In this document: in pieces, positions 1 through 8,391 of the stretch | Layout: each line of letters begins with the position of its first letter | How positions within the stretch are numbered: the stretch's first letter is position 1 | Assembly: GCF_035285525.1 (NCBI RefSeq) | Contig: NZ_JAYKGW010000209.1 | Span: 1-32,000 of the forward strand | DNA from: Okeania sp. | GTDB lineage: Bacteria > Cyanobacteriota > Cyanobacteriia > Cyanobacteriales > Microcoleaceae | Direction of reading: 5' to 3' | Length of the DNA stretch: 32,000 bases | The notes under the pieces: model-generated | Database searches by the model: none | Told to the model about the DNA's origin: nothing | The model's input: only the letters and a program-made list of their open reading frames with translations | Program-made: the position numbers and the translations under genes

Positions 1-146
1 GAAAAAGTAAGAAGGAAAAAGTAAGAAGGAAAAAGTAAGAAGGAAAAAGTAAGAAGGAAAAAGTAAGAAGGAAAAAGTAAGAAGGAAAAAGTAAGAAGGA
101 AAAAGTAAGAAGGAAAAAGTAAGAAGAAAAAAGTAAGAAGAAAAAA
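1..146. repeat. 14-bp tandem repeat GAAAAAGTAAGAAG, about 10 copies; the array runs off the left edge of the window
   Basis: Direct reading gives nine perfect 14-mers at nt 1-126, then two degenerate copies (G->A) to about 146. The unit is not a multiple of 3 and no ORF spans it. It resembles a double-heptamer STRR-type repeat. Confidence 0.95.
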
Positions 147-307
147 GGACTTTAGAAATAATTTCTTGATAAATGATAGATTTTTTTACATAGCATTTCT
201 CAAGCTCGTGAGGTAAAGTTATCTTTGTTTTCCCTGTATCCTAAATAGGTTGTAAAATTTAATGGTGTGGGTTTGGTATCCAAACCGATCTAAAAACTAT
301 AAAATTT

Positions 308-1855
308 ATGATATTTCCAGATTTCTCCCAATTTTCCCAACTAGCAAAACAAGGTAATTTTATTCCTGTGTTTCAAGAATGGGTAGCAGACCTTGATACT
401 CCTGTATCTGCTTGGTATCGGGTTTGCGCTGCTCAACCCTACAATTTTTTACTAGAATCAGTTGAAGGTGGGGAAAAAATCGGACGTTATAGTTTTCTTG
501 GTTGCGATCCATTGTGGATATTGGTAGCAAGAGGGAACCAAACTACCCAAACTTACCGGGATGGCACAGTTAAAACTTTTGAGGGCGACCCTTTTGAGAT
601 TCTAGATAAATGTATTAAACCATATCATCCTGTAAAATTACCCCAACTACCTCCTAATATTGGTGGTTTATTTGGGTATTGGGGTTATGAACTAATTAAG
701 TGGATCGAACCTCGTGTTAATGTTTATCCAGCTACCGAAAATGATTTGCCTGATGGTTTGTGGATGCAGGTAGATAATTTGTTGATTTTTGACCAGGTGA
801 AGCGGAAAATTTGGGCGATCGCTTACGCAGATATTAGTTCTCCAAAGGTAGACTTAGAAGTAGTATATCAACAAACTTGCGATCGCGTTTCTCAGTTAGT
901 AGAAAAACTACAGTCTCCCTTATCGCGAGAAAATACTTTGCTAGAATGGCAACCACCTAGAAAAAAGGATAAAGAAGTTAGTGATATATATACTAGCAAC
1001 ACACCTCGTGCAGAATTTTGTGCCAACGTTGAGAAAGCTAAAGAATATATCAAAGCAGGAGATATTTTTCAGGTAGTTATTTCCCAACAACTTTCTGCTG
1101 AATATACGGGAAAACCTTTTGCTCTGTATCGTTCCCTAAGATTAATAAACCCTTCTCCATATATGGCATATTTTAATTTTGGTGATTGGCAAATTATTGG
1201 TTCGAGTCCAGAAATCATGGTAAAAGTAGAAACAGCACCCGATGGGAAACACTTGGCAACTTTGAGACCTCTTGCTGGTACTCGTCGTCGTGGTAACACT
1301 TATGCAGAAGATAATGCTTTAGCTGAGGAGTTGTTACAGGATCCGAAAGAGAGAGCGGAACATATTATGTTAGTTGATTTAGGTCGGAATGATTTGGGGC
1401 GAGTTTGTCGAGTGGGAACGGTAAAAGTTGATAAGTTAATGGTGATTGAACGTTATTCTCATGTGATGCACATTGTAAGTAATGTGGTGGGAGAGTTGGC
1501 AGAAGAGCAAACTGCTTGGGATGTATTGAAAGCTTGTTTTCCTGCGGGTACTGTGAGCGGTGCGCCAAAAATTCGAGCGATGGAGATTATTAATGAATTG
1601 GAATTTTCTCGACGAGGGGTTTATTCTGGGGTTTATGGATATTATGATTTTGAGGGGCAGTTGAATAGTGCTATTAGTATTAGGACGATGGTTGTGAAAC
1701 CGAAAAATGATGGCAAACATACTGTAATTGTACAAGCTGGAGCTGGTTTAGTTGCAGATTCTGTACCGGAAACAGAGTATGAGGAAACTATTAATAAAGC
1801 TAGAGGTTTATTGGAGGCAATTAGGTGTTTAAAAAGTGATGAAAAGAAAGATTAG
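308..1855 (+). CDS. trpE: Anthranilate synthase component I (TrpE)
   Basis: 515-aa ORF with LLESVEGGEKIGRYSF (the Trp-feedback LLES motif), GTRRRG, VDLGRNDLGRVC, and the GAPKIRAMEII and AGAGLVADSVPETEYEET chorismate-binding signatures. Confidence 0.92.
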   Translation: MIFPDFSQFSQLAKQGNFIPVFQEWVADLDTPVSAWYRVCAAQPYNFLLESVEGGEKIGRYSFLGCDPLWILVARGNQTTQTYRDGTVKTFEGDPFEILDKCIKPYHPVKLPQLPPNIGGLFGYWGYELIKWIEPRVNVYPATENDLPDGLWMQVDNLLIFDQVKRKIWAIAYADISSPKVDLEVVYQQTCDRVSQLVEKLQSPLSRENTLLEWQPPRKKDKEVSDIYTSNTPRAEFCANVEKAKEYIKAGDIFQVVISQQLSAEYTGKPFALYRSLRLINPSPYMAYFNFGDWQIIGSSPEIMVKVETAPDGKHLATLRPLAGTRRRGNTYAEDNALAEELLQDPKERAEHIMLVDLGRNDLGRVCRVGTVKVDKLMVIERYSHVMHIVSNVVGELAEEQTAWDVLKACFPAGTVSGAPKIRAMEIINELEFSRRGVYSGVYGYYDFEGQLNSAISIRTMVVKPKNDGKHTVIVQAGAGLVADSVPETEYEETINKARGLLEAIRCLKSDEKKD

Positions 1856-2174
1856 GGAGTAGAAAATATAATTATAATAAAGCAAGCATTTAGCGGTTAG
1901 CTATTTATTTTACTTTGAGATAAAAGCTTTATGATTAAATAATTTGATCTGTAAAAAATTCAGATTTCAGTTTTTTTATTCACTTAAATATCCTCCTTAA
2001 GATTAAGCTTTTTATTGCTATTAGCTGACAGCTAATAGCTGGATGTTTAAATAAATAATAACAAACAAAATGAAAGCATAAAAAAACAGATGAATAGTAT
2101 TATAAATTTATGGAAATTCCTCTGGAATATATTACAGAGAATTATATTGGAGAGGTTAGTTATTAACTTTAATA

Positions 2175-2627
2175 GTGAAAAATAAAGCAGGAAGATGGAT
2201 ATTTCTGTCTTTCATCTTGCCTACACTAATGCTTCATATTCTCGGTTATGTATCAGATTCAGAAGAAAGTAAAACTCAGGAAGCTATTGATGGATTAACA
2301 ATAGTTTGTAAGGCTCAAGAAAATTATTACTTAGAGAGGGGAAAAATGTATAAGTAACCTAATCGTTCTAAAAGTGAGGCTAAATACTATTATTTCGGCT
2401 CAATTAAAGATAATCAAAATGACAATATTTCTGCTACTTATGCAGAACCAAAAGAATCTAATCTATCTACTTTTGTAGGAGTTCCATCTATGTCAAGTAA
2501 AAATAAATTTTATTGTTTAATTTGTGAAGCTAGTGCGGGGCATAGTGTAGATTTCTCAAAAGACTTTCCCATTGTTAATGGAGACTCAGTTGACTGCCCT
2601 GAAGGATATGCTCTATTGGCAAAATAA
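2175..2627 (+). pseudogene. Cyanobacterial type IV pilin-like (G/H family-like) gene interrupted by a single in-frame TAA at 2355-2357
   Basis: The GTG-started 60-aa ORF (TM helix, then ESKTQEAIDGLTIVCKAQENYYLERGK) continues in the same frame after the TAA for 89 more codons. The continuation (SEAKYYYFGS...STFVGV...FYCLICEA...DCPEGYALLAK) matches the AQQAYYLE / ILCEA / CPxGY layout I recall for cyanobacterial pilin-like proteins. No canonical GFTLIE prepilin motif is present. Confidence 0.5.
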
Positions 2628-2703
2628 AAGAGTCTTTTTTTATTATTAACAATTACCCCAAATTTATCGCAAATAAGAAATTTGAACTAGGAGAAAAAAT
2701 CAA

Positions 2704-4038
2704 ATGCAAACTGAATTTAACTTTTTCCAACATTGGTATCCTCTTTCACCTGTGGAAGACCTTGACCCAGAAATTCCTGTTCCCGTAACTCTATTGGGAA
2801 TGCGTTTAGTAATTTGGAAACCAAGATATTCTGAAAATTACCAGGTATTTTTAGATGTTTGTCCTCATCGTCTAGCACCTTTAAGCGAAGGTCGTGTTGA
2901 TGAGAAAACTGGTAATTTAATGTGTAGTTATCATGGTTGGCAATTTGATTCTGATGGTATTTGTACTCATATTCCCCAAGCTGAAAATAAACAAATAATA
3001 GAAAAAAATCGGCAAAATTTCTGTGTAACTGCCTTGCCAGTACAGGAGAAAAATGATTTACTTTGGGTTTGGCCTGATGCCAAAACAGCAGAGTTAGCTG
3101 CGACTACACCTTTGCCATTATCACCACAAATAGATGCTGAGAAAGGTTTTGTCTGGTCTTCTTATGTCCGCGATCTAGAATATGATTGGGAAATTTTAGT
3201 AGAAAATGTCGCCGATCCTAGCCATGTTCCTTTTTCTCATCACGGAGTACAGGGTAATAGAAACAAAGCAATACCAATACCAATGGAGATTTTACAATCA
3301 ACTATTGATTTAATCGAAGTTTCTATTTCGAGAAAAGATTTACCTACGAAAATTACTTTTGAACCTCCTTGTCATTTAGAATATGCAATTAGTATTGGTA
3401 GTGCTGAGAAAAAATTAGGACTTGTAACTTATTGTTTGCCAGTATCTCCTGGAAAATCTAGAATTGTTGCTCAGTTTACGAGGAACTTTGCTAAAACAAT
3501 TCATCGGTTGACACCCCGTTGGTGGGATCATATTGGAGAGCGGAGTTTGATCCTTGATGGTGATATGGTTTTATTGAATCAGCAGGAGTATTTACTGAAA
3601 CAAAAACAATCAAGTGAAAGTTGGAAAATAGCTTATAATTTACCTACAACTGCAGACCGTTTAGTAATTGAGTATAGAAATTGGTTTGATAAATATTGTG
3701 GTGGTAAATTACCTTGGAATGAGGTGGGAGTTAGTGATGTAAATAATTCTTTAATAAATAATAATCATGCTGTACTATTGGATCGTTATCAACAACATAC
3801 TCAGCATTGTAGTAGTTGTCGCCAGACCTTAAAAAATCTACAAAGATTACAATTTTTACTTGTAATTTATTTCATAGTTATTGTTTCTGGAGTGTCTGTT
3901 TTTCCAGATAGTTTAAGGATGCAAATAGGTTTACCTTTAGTAATTACAGCACTTTTAGGAATGGGAATTTATGGTTGGTTGAAAATGTGGTTAATTCCTC
4001 AATTTTACTTTGTTGATTATATTCATGCTAAAAAATGA
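2704..4038 (+). CDS. Rieske [2Fe-2S] oxygenase of the PaO/Tic55/LLS1 family, with a C-terminal membrane anchor
   Basis: Rieske motif CPHRLAPLSEG...CSYHGWQF, a mononuclear-iron region (NVADPSHVPFSHHG), the CxxC motif HCSSCRQ typical of PaO-family proteins, and hydrophobic C-terminal helices. Confidence 0.85.
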   Translation: MQTEFNFFQHWYPLSPVEDLDPEIPVPVTLLGMRLVIWKPRYSENYQVFLDVCPHRLAPLSEGRVDEKTGNLMCSYHGWQFDSDGICTHIPQAENKQIIEKNRQNFCVTALPVQEKNDLLWVWPDAKTAELAATTPLPLSPQIDAEKGFVWSSYVRDLEYDWEILVENVADPSHVPFSHHGVQGNRNKAIPIPMEILQSTIDLIEVSISRKDLPTKITFEPPCHLEYAISIGSAEKKLGLVTYCLPVSPGKSRIVAQFTRNFAKTIHRLTPRWWDHIGERSLILDGDMVLLNQQEYLLKQKQSSESWKIAYNLPTTADRLVIEYRNWFDKYCGGKLPWNEVGVSDVNNSLINNNHAVLLDRYQQHTQHCSSCRQTLKNLQRLQFLLVIYFIVIVSGVSVFPDSLRMQIGLPLVITALLGMGIYGWLKMWLIPQFYFVDYIHAKK

Positions 4039-4141
4039 ATTTATATTTTTGAGGCAGTAAGAAGATGGTTTTGGGATATTTCTACTTTTTCCACCCTCCT
4101 CAGATTCTCAGGACTTACGCAAATTCTTAGACAACACAACA

Positions 4142-4208
4142 CCCTATTTGTAGGGGGCGAATGGGATTTGCGCTCCGCAAAGCTCCGCTAACGCTTCTAC
4201 AAATAGGG
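4142..4208. repeat. Small inverted-repeat element (CCCTATTTGTAG ... CTACAAATAGGG) in a repeat-rich spacer
   Basis: A perfect 12-bp inverted repeat at 4142-4153 / 4197-4208 flanks a GGGGCGAATGG...GC-rich core. Neighbouring copies of AGGACTTACGCA (4110) and the CTGTTCCCTGTTCCCT heptamer repeats (4292) are dispersed-repeat families seen elsewhere in the window. Confidence 0.7.
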
Positions 4209-4613
4209 TATATATTTTCATTTATAGCAACGGACAAGGCGATTAGGACGTGGACTGATGATTAATCAAAGACCACGGAAAGACTTGAACAACTGTTCCC
4301 TGTTCCCTCTTCCCTACTATACCTTGATAAAAAGTCAAGCTTTTCATTGTATCATGTTCGTTGGTATCGTTAGTGTAAAAATTGGGGAAATCTCTACCGC
4401 CATAATAAGGTTTTTCCTGCGTTTTAGGGGCGTTACGAAGTATGGGAAGCAAACGGCCGTTCGCCCCTACTTCTTCTTTATTTAGTAATTTTAGTAACAC
4501 AAGTATCCTGCTTTTTACAGCCTAGAAGGCTGTGTTACAGTAGAGATTAACTGTACCTCACCATCCTCAAAAGTTCTATAATTCTTACTTTTGACTTTTG
4601 AATTTTGAATTAA

Positions 4614-5483
4614 TTAACGTTGAGAAATAGTAATTAAAAATACTCCTGATACCATAATTGCAGCTCCTAATAATCTTTCTTTAATACCTTTTTCTTTAAG
4701 AATTATTTTTCCTAAAAATACGCTAAATAATGCACTGGTTCTTTTGACTGAAATTACATAGGCAACAAAAGTTAAATTTATGGCTACCATTTGACATCCC
4801 ATTGCTACAGAATTAATCATACCATATATTATTAATTTCCAGCCACCAGTTTTAAGTTTGGATAGATTATGATGGGATTTATATAAAACAATTGGTAATA
4901 GCAAAATTGATACGGTGAAAAATACACAAACCACCCAAAAAATAGGAGAAGAATTTTGTACTCCTACTTTATCAAAGTTAGCACTAATACTCCAAACAAA
5001 AGCAACTAATAAGGCTAGTCGTGAACCTTCATCAGTAATTATTGCTTGAAAAGGAGCTAAATATCCTTGTTGTTTTTGTCTCAGATTTAATAGATAGGAA
5101 CCTATGACAATTAATAATACTCCAATTATACCGAGTGGTTGAGGAAATTCTCCCACGATTAATGGAGAAGTTATTAACAAAAATAAAGGGCTAAAAGTAG
5201 TGATGGGAGCAATAATTGATAAGTCAGAAATTTTAATAGCTCTAAGATAAAAGGTGTAGGCGATCGCGTCTAATAAACCAGTTACTAAGAGAGCAAACCA
5301 AAAATTATTTCCTAACTGAGGAATGCCAATTAAAAATAATAGGGGACTCAAAAATAAAGAGGTGAAAAATGCTAGACTACATGTAGTAATATATTCATCA
5401 AAATTTTTAAGTTGTGTCTTGTTATAAACATCTTTAACAGATTGAAGAGAAGCTACTGAAATGGCTAAAAAAAACCAAAGCAT
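4614..5483 (-). CDS. EamA/DMT-family integral membrane transporter
   Basis: The 289-aa ORF is almost entirely hydrophobic helices (about 10 TM) in two similar halves, the typical EamA-duplication length and composition. Confidence 0.75.
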   Translation of the reverse strand: MLWFFLAISVASLQSVKDVYNKTQLKNFDEYITTCSLAFFTSLFLSPLLFLIGIPQLGNNFWFALLVTGLLDAIAYTFYLRAIKISDLSIIAPITTFSPLFLLITSPLIVGEFPQPLGIIGVLLIVIGSYLLNLRQKQQGYLAPFQAIITDEGSRLALLVAFVWSISANFDKVGVQNSSPIFWVVCVFFTVSILLLPIVLYKSHHNLSKLKTGGWKLIIYGMINSVAMGCQMVAINLTFVAYVISVKRTSALFSVFLGKIILKEKGIKERLLGAAIMVSGVFLITISQR

Positions 5484-5559
5484 TAATTGTTTTCCTGTTT
5501 AATTAGGGTTTCTTTTTTAAGGAGTAGGGGAGTGGGGGAGTGGGGGAGAAATATTATTG

Positions 5560-5660
5560 TTGGATTTCAGGTGCCATGGTTTCCTGCGGAATGCTTCCCG
5601 TTAGGGATGCTAGGCAAAGGCAAACGCAACCCTAACGGGAACAACCCAACCTAAATCTGA
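5560..5660. repeat. MITE-like hairpin element (inner inverted repeat CCCGTTAGGG / CCCTAACGGG)
   Basis: The inverted repeat sits at 5597-5606 / 5631-5640. The flanking AACCCAACCTA resembles the GTAGGTTGGGTT family at 30.2-30.6 kb. A GTGGGGGA heptamer-type repeat lies at about 5530-5550. Confidence 0.55.
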
Positions 5661-5701
5661 AACTTTTATCTGTTCCCTATTCCCTCCATACCTATTCCCA
5701 G

Positions 5702-6439
5702 TTAAGTGTTCCCAGTTAAGTGTTCCCTAAAATAAAATAACTTCAAAGCTAAATCTGGTCTATCTGTAATTAATGCAAATGCTCCTTGTTTCACAACTTC
5801 AGCCATTAATTTTTGATCATTAACTGTCCAAACATAAATATTCTTATTCATAAATTTCATTCGGGCTGCAAAACCTAATTTCATTAACCGATAATTAGGA
5901 GAAACAAAATCAGCTTTAGTTGTAAACAAACGAAATTCTGGAAAAATTTCTGATAATTGAGTAACAATTAAATTTTGAGGATTTCCCAATCCTAATAGCA
6001 ACCCAGTTGTAATTTTATTATCAATCTTTTTAATAACAATAATTGCTGCATCAATAAAAGATTTAATTACATAATCTTGATAATCTAAATATTTTTTGAC
6101 TAAATTAATTATCCCCATTTCATATCCAGCTTCTTTCAATTCAATATCAAGTTTAATTTTTCCTTGACACAACTTCAGCACATCTTCTACTAATGGAATT
6201 TCCAAACCTTTTGGTCGTGAAATATCTAAAAGTTGTTGATAAGTCAAATCACTAAGTTTTCTGCCATCAATTGACTCATCGTGAAAAGCAACAAATAAAT
6301 TGTCCTGAGTTTTTCTAACATCAAACTCTACCATTGAAACCCCTAACTCAATAGCTTTGGCAAAAGATTCTAAAGTATTGTCAAATTTCACCAAGCCAGA
6401 TGCGCCCCGGTGAGCAATAATTAATGGTTGAGTAGTCAT
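5702..6439 (-). CDS. Glycerophosphodiester phosphodiesterase (GDPD/UgpQ-like)
   Basis: N-terminal IIAHRGASG and VEFDVRKTQD...AFHD motifs of the GDPD family; 245 aa. Confidence 0.88.
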   Translation of the reverse strand: MTTQPLIIAHRGASGLVKFDNTLESFAKAIELGVSMVEFDVRKTQDNLFVAFHDESIDGRKLSDLTYQQLLDISRPKGLEIPLVEDVLKLCQGKIKLDIELKEAGYEMGIINLVKKYLDYQDYVIKSFIDAAIIVIKKIDNKITTGLLLGLGNPQNLIVTQLSEIFPEFRLFTTKADFVSPNYRLMKLGFAARMKFMNKNIYVWTVNDQKLMAEVVKQGAFALITDRPDLALKLFYFREHLTGNT

Positions 6440-6515
6440 TAGATTTTATTTTTTGTGATAATTAAGGTTTAATAAGTTAGTCTAATCTATAATTGTTACT
6501 CTAAATAGAATAGAC

Positions 6516-7850
6516 ATGACAAATACACCAATAGAACCACCATCAGGAATAGAACCACCATCAGGGCCAAAGCCAGTGAAATTTGATGAGTGGATTGCCA
6601 TATTTGTAGCCTTAGCAGCTTTTGGCAGTATATTTTTCTGGGCAACAACTAGAGAAAATAGCGGGTTTAATCTACTTTCTAATCCCATGCTTTCTACATC
6701 TCTACCTGAAACTGTTGATGGTCCTAATATTACTACTGAGAAGTCAATTTTTAATTTAGGTACTGAACTTCCAACTCCTACTGATAAGTCAGTATTAAGT
6801 ATTGCTCAAACACCTCTAACTATTCCAGAATTAGGACAAAGTTTAGGTACTTTGCCCCCTATTACTGATAGTGTTAAGAAGTTAGGAGAAGTTGAGGTAG
6901 AAACTGAAATAGTTGAATTGGATAAACCAACAAAAAGAACTAATCGAAAAGCTGTTCCAGAAGTTAGTGATGATTTAGCACAATTAGAAATTACTAGAAG
7001 ATTATCGGAATCTTTACCTACTGCATCACCAGAAGTTCAAGATTCTCCAATCGTAACTGAGATTATACCTGTAGCACCTCTTATTCCTAGTCCAACTACA
7101 AGTTCACCCCAAGCTACGGATATTCCTGAATCTCCAAAGGTGGAAACTCCTAAGTCTAAAGCTACGGATATTCCTGAATCTCCAAAGGTAGAAACTCCTA
7201 AGTCTAAAGCTACGGATATTCCTGAATCTCCAAAGGTAGAAACTCCTACTGAGGTGATTAAATTTTCTGATGTTCCTGATAGTTTTTGGGCAGGTAATTT
7301 TATTTACTCTTTAGCAGAACAGGATATTATTAGTCAGATTAATAGTGGTAAATATGAACCAGATAAACCTGTAACCAGAGCAGAATTTGCTAGTCACGTT
7401 TTGCAAGTAGTTGAAGAAAAATCAACTAGAAAATCACTTAATTATGAAGATGTAAAGGAAAATTCAACAGCTAAAAATGACATTCAAATAGCGACTGAAT
7501 CTGGTTTTTTAAGTGGGTATCCAGGGAATGTTTTTCGCCCAGATCAACAAGTATCAAAAGTACAAGTTTTAGTTTCTTTAGTTACTGGTTTAAATCTGGA
7601 AATTCCATCTAATTCTGATGAGGTTTTAAGTATTTATAAAGACAAGGAAGAAATTCCTAATTGGGCTAAAGAAAAAGTAGCTGCAGCTACTGCTGCTGGA
7701 TTAGTAGTTAACTATCCAAATGTGACAAGTTTGAATCCCAACCAACCTGCTACTCGTGCTGAAGTTGCAGCAATTCTTTATCAAGCTTTAGTAAAATTAG
7801 GGGAAGAAGAACAGGTTGTGTCTGAATATATTGTAATTCCTAAAAAGTAG
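6516..7850 (+). CDS. SLH-domain cell-envelope protein with an N-terminal TM segment and a Pro/Thr/Glu-rich repetitive linker
   Basis: TM helix (WIAIFVALAAFGSIFFWA), a low-complexity linker with 3 x ATDIPESPKVETPKSK, and C-terminal SLH-like modules (FSDVPDSFWAGNFI, YPGNVFRPDQQVSKVQVLVSLV, ATRAEVAAILYQAL). Confidence 0.8.
   Translation: MTNTPIEPPSGIEPPSGPKPVKFDEWIAIFVALAAFGSIFFWATTRENSGFNLLSNPMLSTSLPETVDGPNITTEKSIFNLGTELPTPTDKSVLSIAQTPLTIPELGQSLGTLPPITDSVKKLGEVEVETEIVELDKPTKRTNRKAVPEVSDDLAQLEITRRLSESLPTASPEVQDSPIVTEIIPVAPLIPSPTTSSPQATDIPESPKVETPKSKATDIPESPKVETPKSKATDIPESPKVETPTEVIKFSDVPDSFWAGNFIYSLAEQDIISQINSGKYEPDKPVTRAEFASHVLQVVEEKSTRKSLNYEDVKENSTAKNDIQIATESGFLSGYPGNVFRPDQQVSKVQVLVSLVTGLNLEIPSNSDEVLSIYKDKEEIPNWAKEKVAAATAAGLVVNYPNVTSLNPNQPATRAEVAAILYQALVKLGEEEQVVSEYIVIPKK
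7113..7247 (+). repeat. 48-bp in-frame tandem repeat (about 2.8 copies) inside the SLH protein gene
   Basis: GCTACGGATATTCCTGAATCTCCAAAGGT(G/A)GAAACTCCTAAGTCTAAA starts at 7113, 7161 and 7209. Confidence 0.95.
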
Positions 7851-7906
7851 AATTAATTATCTTTTTTTGATTAGGACTTACCCATGAACGCTATTGTTAG
7901 TGGATT

Positions 7907-8023
7907 GTTTCACCTAAAATGGTGCATGGGGTAGGGGCGGATTTTAGCAAGAATTTTCATAGCTAATCTAAGGTTTACATAAACCCGCCCCATTAGAGGG
8001 TGCGTGGTAATGGGGGACGGGTT
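7907..8023 (+). repeat. Dispersed ~115-bp element of the GGGGCGGGTTT...AAACCCGCCCC family, copy A
   Basis: Near-identical to 8145-8259, and to 25171-25255 on the opposite strand. It has an internal inverted repeat, GGGGCGG(A/G)TTT / AAACCCGCCCC. Confidence 0.9.
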
Positions 8024-8144
8024 TAGCTAACTTACTGGTGAAGACTCATTAACTCACTTGTAATTTTTCGGGAACCGTAACCCGCTCCTACAGAACCTGA
8101 TTCCTGAATGCAGGATTTTAGTTGTGTCTGCTGACTACTGGGGT

Positions 8145-8259
8145 GTTTCACAAAATAGTGCATGGGGTAGGGGCGGGTTTTAGCAAGAATTTTTCATGGC
8201 TAATCTAAGGTTTACATAAACCCGCCCCATTAGAGAGTGCGTGGTAATGGGGGGCGGGT
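8145..8259 (+). repeat. Same dispersed element, copy B
   Basis: Aligns by eye to copy A over about 115 bp with a handful of substitutions. A related GGGAACCGTAACCCGCTCCTAC fragment lies between the copies. Confidence 0.9.
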
Positions 8260-8391
8260 GAGAAATTAATGAATAATGAAATCAGGTTTCCGCCCCTTGC
8301 CTAATATATCTCGATTTTAACCAGAGGTAATAATTAATTATTAATTATTGAACTGTTCCCTGTTCCCTAAAAGCAAAAATAAGATTGCTAT

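Noticed and set aside
1-146. Possible CRISPR array
   Set aside because: It is a contiguous 14-bp tandem repeat with no spacers.
1199-1209. GGTTCGAGTCC, a tRNA T-arm-like motif
   Set aside because: It lies inside the trpE reading frame, and no acceptor, D or anticodon arms can be built around it. I recognised no tRNA anywhere in the window.
1069-1735. Three minus-strand ORFs (76, 67 and 99 aa) inside trpE
   Set aside because: They are antisense shadow ORFs within a strongly supported CDS, with low-complexity or odd composition and no recognisable motifs.
2090-2160. Tiny ATG ORF (23 aa) upstream of the pilin-like gene
   Set aside because: It is too short, has no RBS, and lies in AT-rich spacer, so it is a chance ORF.
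4243-4500. Overlapping 85-aa (-) and 75-aa (+) ORFs in the Rieske/EamA spacer
   Set aside because: The interval is built from dispersed repeats (CTGTTCCCTGTTCCCT heptamers, and a hairpin of the GGGGCGAA...CGCCCCTAC type). Both strands are open, which is typical of chance ORFs, and there are no motifs.
6482-6688. 68-aa minus-strand ORF overlapping the start of the SLH gene
   Set aside because: It is a shadow of the IEPPSG-repeat region of the plus-strand gene.
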